From: Mobula hypostoma | Taxonomy: Eukaryota | Length of the DNA: 64,000 nt | Assembly (NCBI RefSeq): GCF_963921235.1 | Contig: NC_086109.1 | Location: 16,432,001-16,496,000 of the forward strand | Direction: 5' to 3' | Shown: positions 61,447 through 64,000 of the stretch, in pieces | Layout of the letters: each line of letters starts with the position of its first letter | Position numbering within the stretch: position 1 is the first letter of the stretch | Notes under the pieces: model-generated | Databases searched by the model: none | What the model was told of the DNA's origin: nothing | The model's input: the letters and a program-made list of their open reading frames with translations, nothing else | Position numbers and translations under genes: made by a program

Positions 61447-61621
61447 TAAGATGCAATGGGGGACATGATTTAAAGTTGAATATATTCAGGTTGGGGAATG
61501 TTATGATTTGACAGGGATATGCTAGAGCCAACTGCTTGTTTAAAGCCACTGGTATTTGTTTCTGGCTGGGATGTACTGAACCCTTTTACATTGATGACCT
61601 CTTTGTGACTTTCATGTGCAG

Positions 61622-61744
61622 AAGCTCCCCTGTGGAGGAGGGGGAATGTGGAGCCATTCGTAGTTCAGGAAGGAGCATCCGTGGTTCTTCCCTGCCAACC
61701 ACCCCCAGGTCTTCCGCCTCCTGTCATCTTCTGGATGAACAGCA
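61622..61744 (+). CDS. NFASC: Neurofascin exon, start of Ig2 ([41 protein letters not shown])
   Basis: tgtgcag| and |gtaagt; 123 nt, phase 1-1. Carries the PLW...P.VVQEGA...L.C.PPPGLP.PVIFWM motif. The gene continues beyond the window. Confidence 0.95.
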
Positions 61745-62323
61745 GTAAGTTTCAGTCACTCTTGGGCTTTTATATTCCTACTAATGTCAATTGTTTCTCC
61801 AGAAGTCATATTCAGGTTCCCTCTTGTGGCTTAGTCATAGGATGGTGTGGGGACCTAGATGGGAATTTACTGGACCTCTCATTCTCTCCTATTTTCATAC
61901 TTGTCTTCCTGAGAGCACCCAAAACAAGTTGACAATATATTGGACAACCCATCGGATTACCTTCTTGTTCCCTGTGCAAAACCTGGTTTCAACTCGGCGC
62001 AGGTTACAATACCATTTTCATCCCTTTTTCCCTTATTGTTGGATCTTGACTGCTACTCGCTCAACTCTCCCCTTTAATAAACTTCCCCTTCTCTCTCCTC
62101 CTCCTTATTTCAAGGGCTCTACAACTCATATTCTCAGTCTTAATATTATTATTTGTTTTTTTGCATTTGCACAGATTGCCTCTTTTGATTGTTTGTCAGT
62201 TTCTGTGTGTAGTTTTCATTGATTTTATTGTATTTCTTTGTTCTTCGCAAGAAAATGATTCTCAGGATGACATATACATACATCGATAATAACTTTACTT
62301 TGAACTTATCATAATCTTCGCTC

Positions 62324-63388
62324 ATTGACGACTGCATTGGCGCTGCTTCCTGCACGCATGCAGAACTCGTTGACTTTATTAACTTTGCCTCCAACTTTCA
62401 CCCTGCCCTCAAGTTTACCTGGTCCATTTCCGACACCTCCCTTCCCTTTCTAGATCTTTCTGTCTCTGTCTCTGGAGACAGCTTATCCACTGATGTCTAC
62501 TATAAGCCTACTGACTCTCACAGCTATCTGGACTATTCCTCTTCTCACCCTGTCTCTTGCAAAAACGCCATCCCCTTCTCGCAATTCCTCCGTCTCCGCC
62601 GCATCTGCTCTCAGGATGAGGTTTTTCATTCTAGGATGAGGGAGATGTCTTCATTTTTTAAAGAAAGGGGCTTCCCTTCCTCCACTATCAACTCTGCTCT
62701 TAAACGCATCTCCCCCATTTCACGTACATCTGCTCTCACTCCATCCTCCCACCACCCCACTAGGAATAGTGTTCCCCTGGTCCTCACCTACCACCCCACC
62801 AGCCTCCGGGTCCAACATATTATTCTCCGTAACTTCCGCCACCTCCAACGGGATCCCACCACCAAGCATATCTTTCCCTCCCCCCCTCTCTCTGTATTCC
62901 GCAGGGATCGCTCCCTACACAACTCCCTTGTCCATTCGTCCCCCCCATCCCTCCCCACTGATCTCCCTCCTGGCACTTATCCGTGTAAGCGGAACAAGTG
63001 CTACACATGCCCTTACACTTCCTCCCTTACCACCATTCAGGGCCCCAAACAGTCCTTCCAGGTGAGGCATCACTTCACCTGTGAGTCGACTGGGATGATA
63101 TACTGCGTCCGGTGCTCCCGATGTGGCCTTTTATATATTGGTGAGACCCGACGCAGACTGGGAGACCGCTTTGCTGAACATCTACGCTCTGTCCGCCAGA
63201 GAAAGCAGGATCTCCCAGTGGCCACACATTTTAATTCCACATCCCATTCCCATTCTGACATGTCTATCCACGGCCTCCTCTACTGTAAAGATGAAGCCAC
63301 ACTCAGGTTGGAGGAACAACACCTTATATTCCGTATGGGTAGCCTCCAACCTGATGGCATGAACATTGACTTCTCTAACTTCCGCTAG
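62324..63388 (+). pseudogene. Penelope RT C-terminus/thumb, Cys-rich linker and GIY-YIG endonuclease (N-terminally truncated, no internal stops)
   Basis: IDDCIG...NFHPALKFT...LPFLDL...YYKPTD...SHP; linker CKRNKCYTC; MIYCVRCSRCGLLYIGETRRRLGDRFAEH...LEEQHLI...GMN. Confidence 0.93.
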
Positions 63389-63683
63389 GCCCCACCTCCC
63401 CCTCGTACCCCATCTGTTACTCTTTTTTATGCACACATTCTTTCTCTCACTCTCCTTTTTCTCCCTCTGTCCCTCTGAATATACCTCTTGCCCATCCTCT
63501 GGGTCACCCCCCCCCCCCGTCTTTCTTCCCGGACCTCCTGTCCCATGATCCTCTCATATCCCCTTCTGCCTATCACCTGTCCAGCTCTCGGCTCCATCCC
63601 TCCCCCTCCTGTCTTCTCCTATCATTTTGGATCTCCCCCTCCCCCTCCAGCTTTCAAATCCCTTACTCACTCTTCCTTCAGTT

Positions 63684-63719
63684 AGTCCTGACGAAGGGTC
63701 TCGGCCTGAAACGTCGACT
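63684..63719 (+). ncRNA. Minimal type I hammerhead ribozyme motif
   Basis: Stem I AGTC(63684-87)/GACT(63716-19); core CTGACGA (63688-94); stem II AGG..CCT; GAAA (63708-11); palindromic loop-less stem III ACGT. Predicted cleavage is after GTC at 63715. Confidence 0.82.
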
Positions 63720-64000
63720 GCGCCTCTTCCTATAGATGCTGCTTGGCCTGCTGCGTTCACCAGCAACTTTGATGTATGTTGCCATAATCTCCTTATACTT
63801 ATTCTCACGTGAACCCTTTCTTTCCTTCTCCGCACCTTACTCCCATCACATTTCTTGCTCCCTCCTTCTACCATCTTACTTCTCACTCTCACTCATTTTC
63901 TTTTCCTCTGTCTCTTTACATTGGTCTTTCTCCCCTTTTCTCTCTTTGTTTCTGTTTCCTACATAGAACATAGAATAGTACAGCACAGTACAGGCCCTTC

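Larger units (their letters stand above)
62318..63782 (+). mobile_element. Young 5'-truncated Penelope-like element (Neptune-type architecture)
   Basis: 8-bp TSD CATAATCT at 62310-62317 and 63783-63790. Uninterrupted frame from RT motif IDD to the GIY-YIG endonuclease, with a hammerhead in the 3' terminal region. Confidence 0.95.

Noticed and set aside
47898..61744. Assignment to NRCAM, L1CAM or CHL1
   Set aside because: IEVPLD is ambiguous, but the microexon peptide and the Ig1 motifs (AKD.RVSMR.RSGTLV.DFR, YEGEYQC, GTALSN) fit neurofascin best. A phylogeny or synteny check would confirm this.

Overview
Repeat-dense vertebrate genomic DNA, not prokaryotic. The repeat complement (CR1 LINEs, V-domain tRNA SINEs, abundant Penelope fragments) suggests a cartilaginous fish, probably a ray; this is an inference. 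The only supportable host gene is the 5' part of neurofascin (NFASC, L1CAM family) on the + strand. It has five coding exons: 47898-47991, an 18-nt microexon at 48737-48754, 52964-53069, 55679-55875 and 61622-61744. They splice in frame to give a signal peptide, Ig1 and the start of Ig2, and the gene continues past the window end. The rest is upstream or intronic DNA packed with transposons: a near full-length RTE LINE preceded by a 44-bp tandem array and a CpG-rich head, CR1 LINEs, Rex1/Babar pieces, a Tx1-clade LINE nested in a Tc1-derived element, Tc1, Tigger, MITEs and SINEs. There is also a young Penelope-like element with an intact minimal hammerhead ribozyme motif, plus about 20 shorter or fold-back derivatives of its 3' end. 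The most notable signals are these hammerhead-centred derivatives (TSD-flanked ~100-bp inserts and palindromes), the NFASC microexon with its splicing cues, an RBFOX-motif cluster made by a local duplication, the nested Tx1 insertion and the unexplained RTE 5' head. Most short ORFs in the track are spurious frames of repeats. Boundaries of old repeat fragments are approximate.
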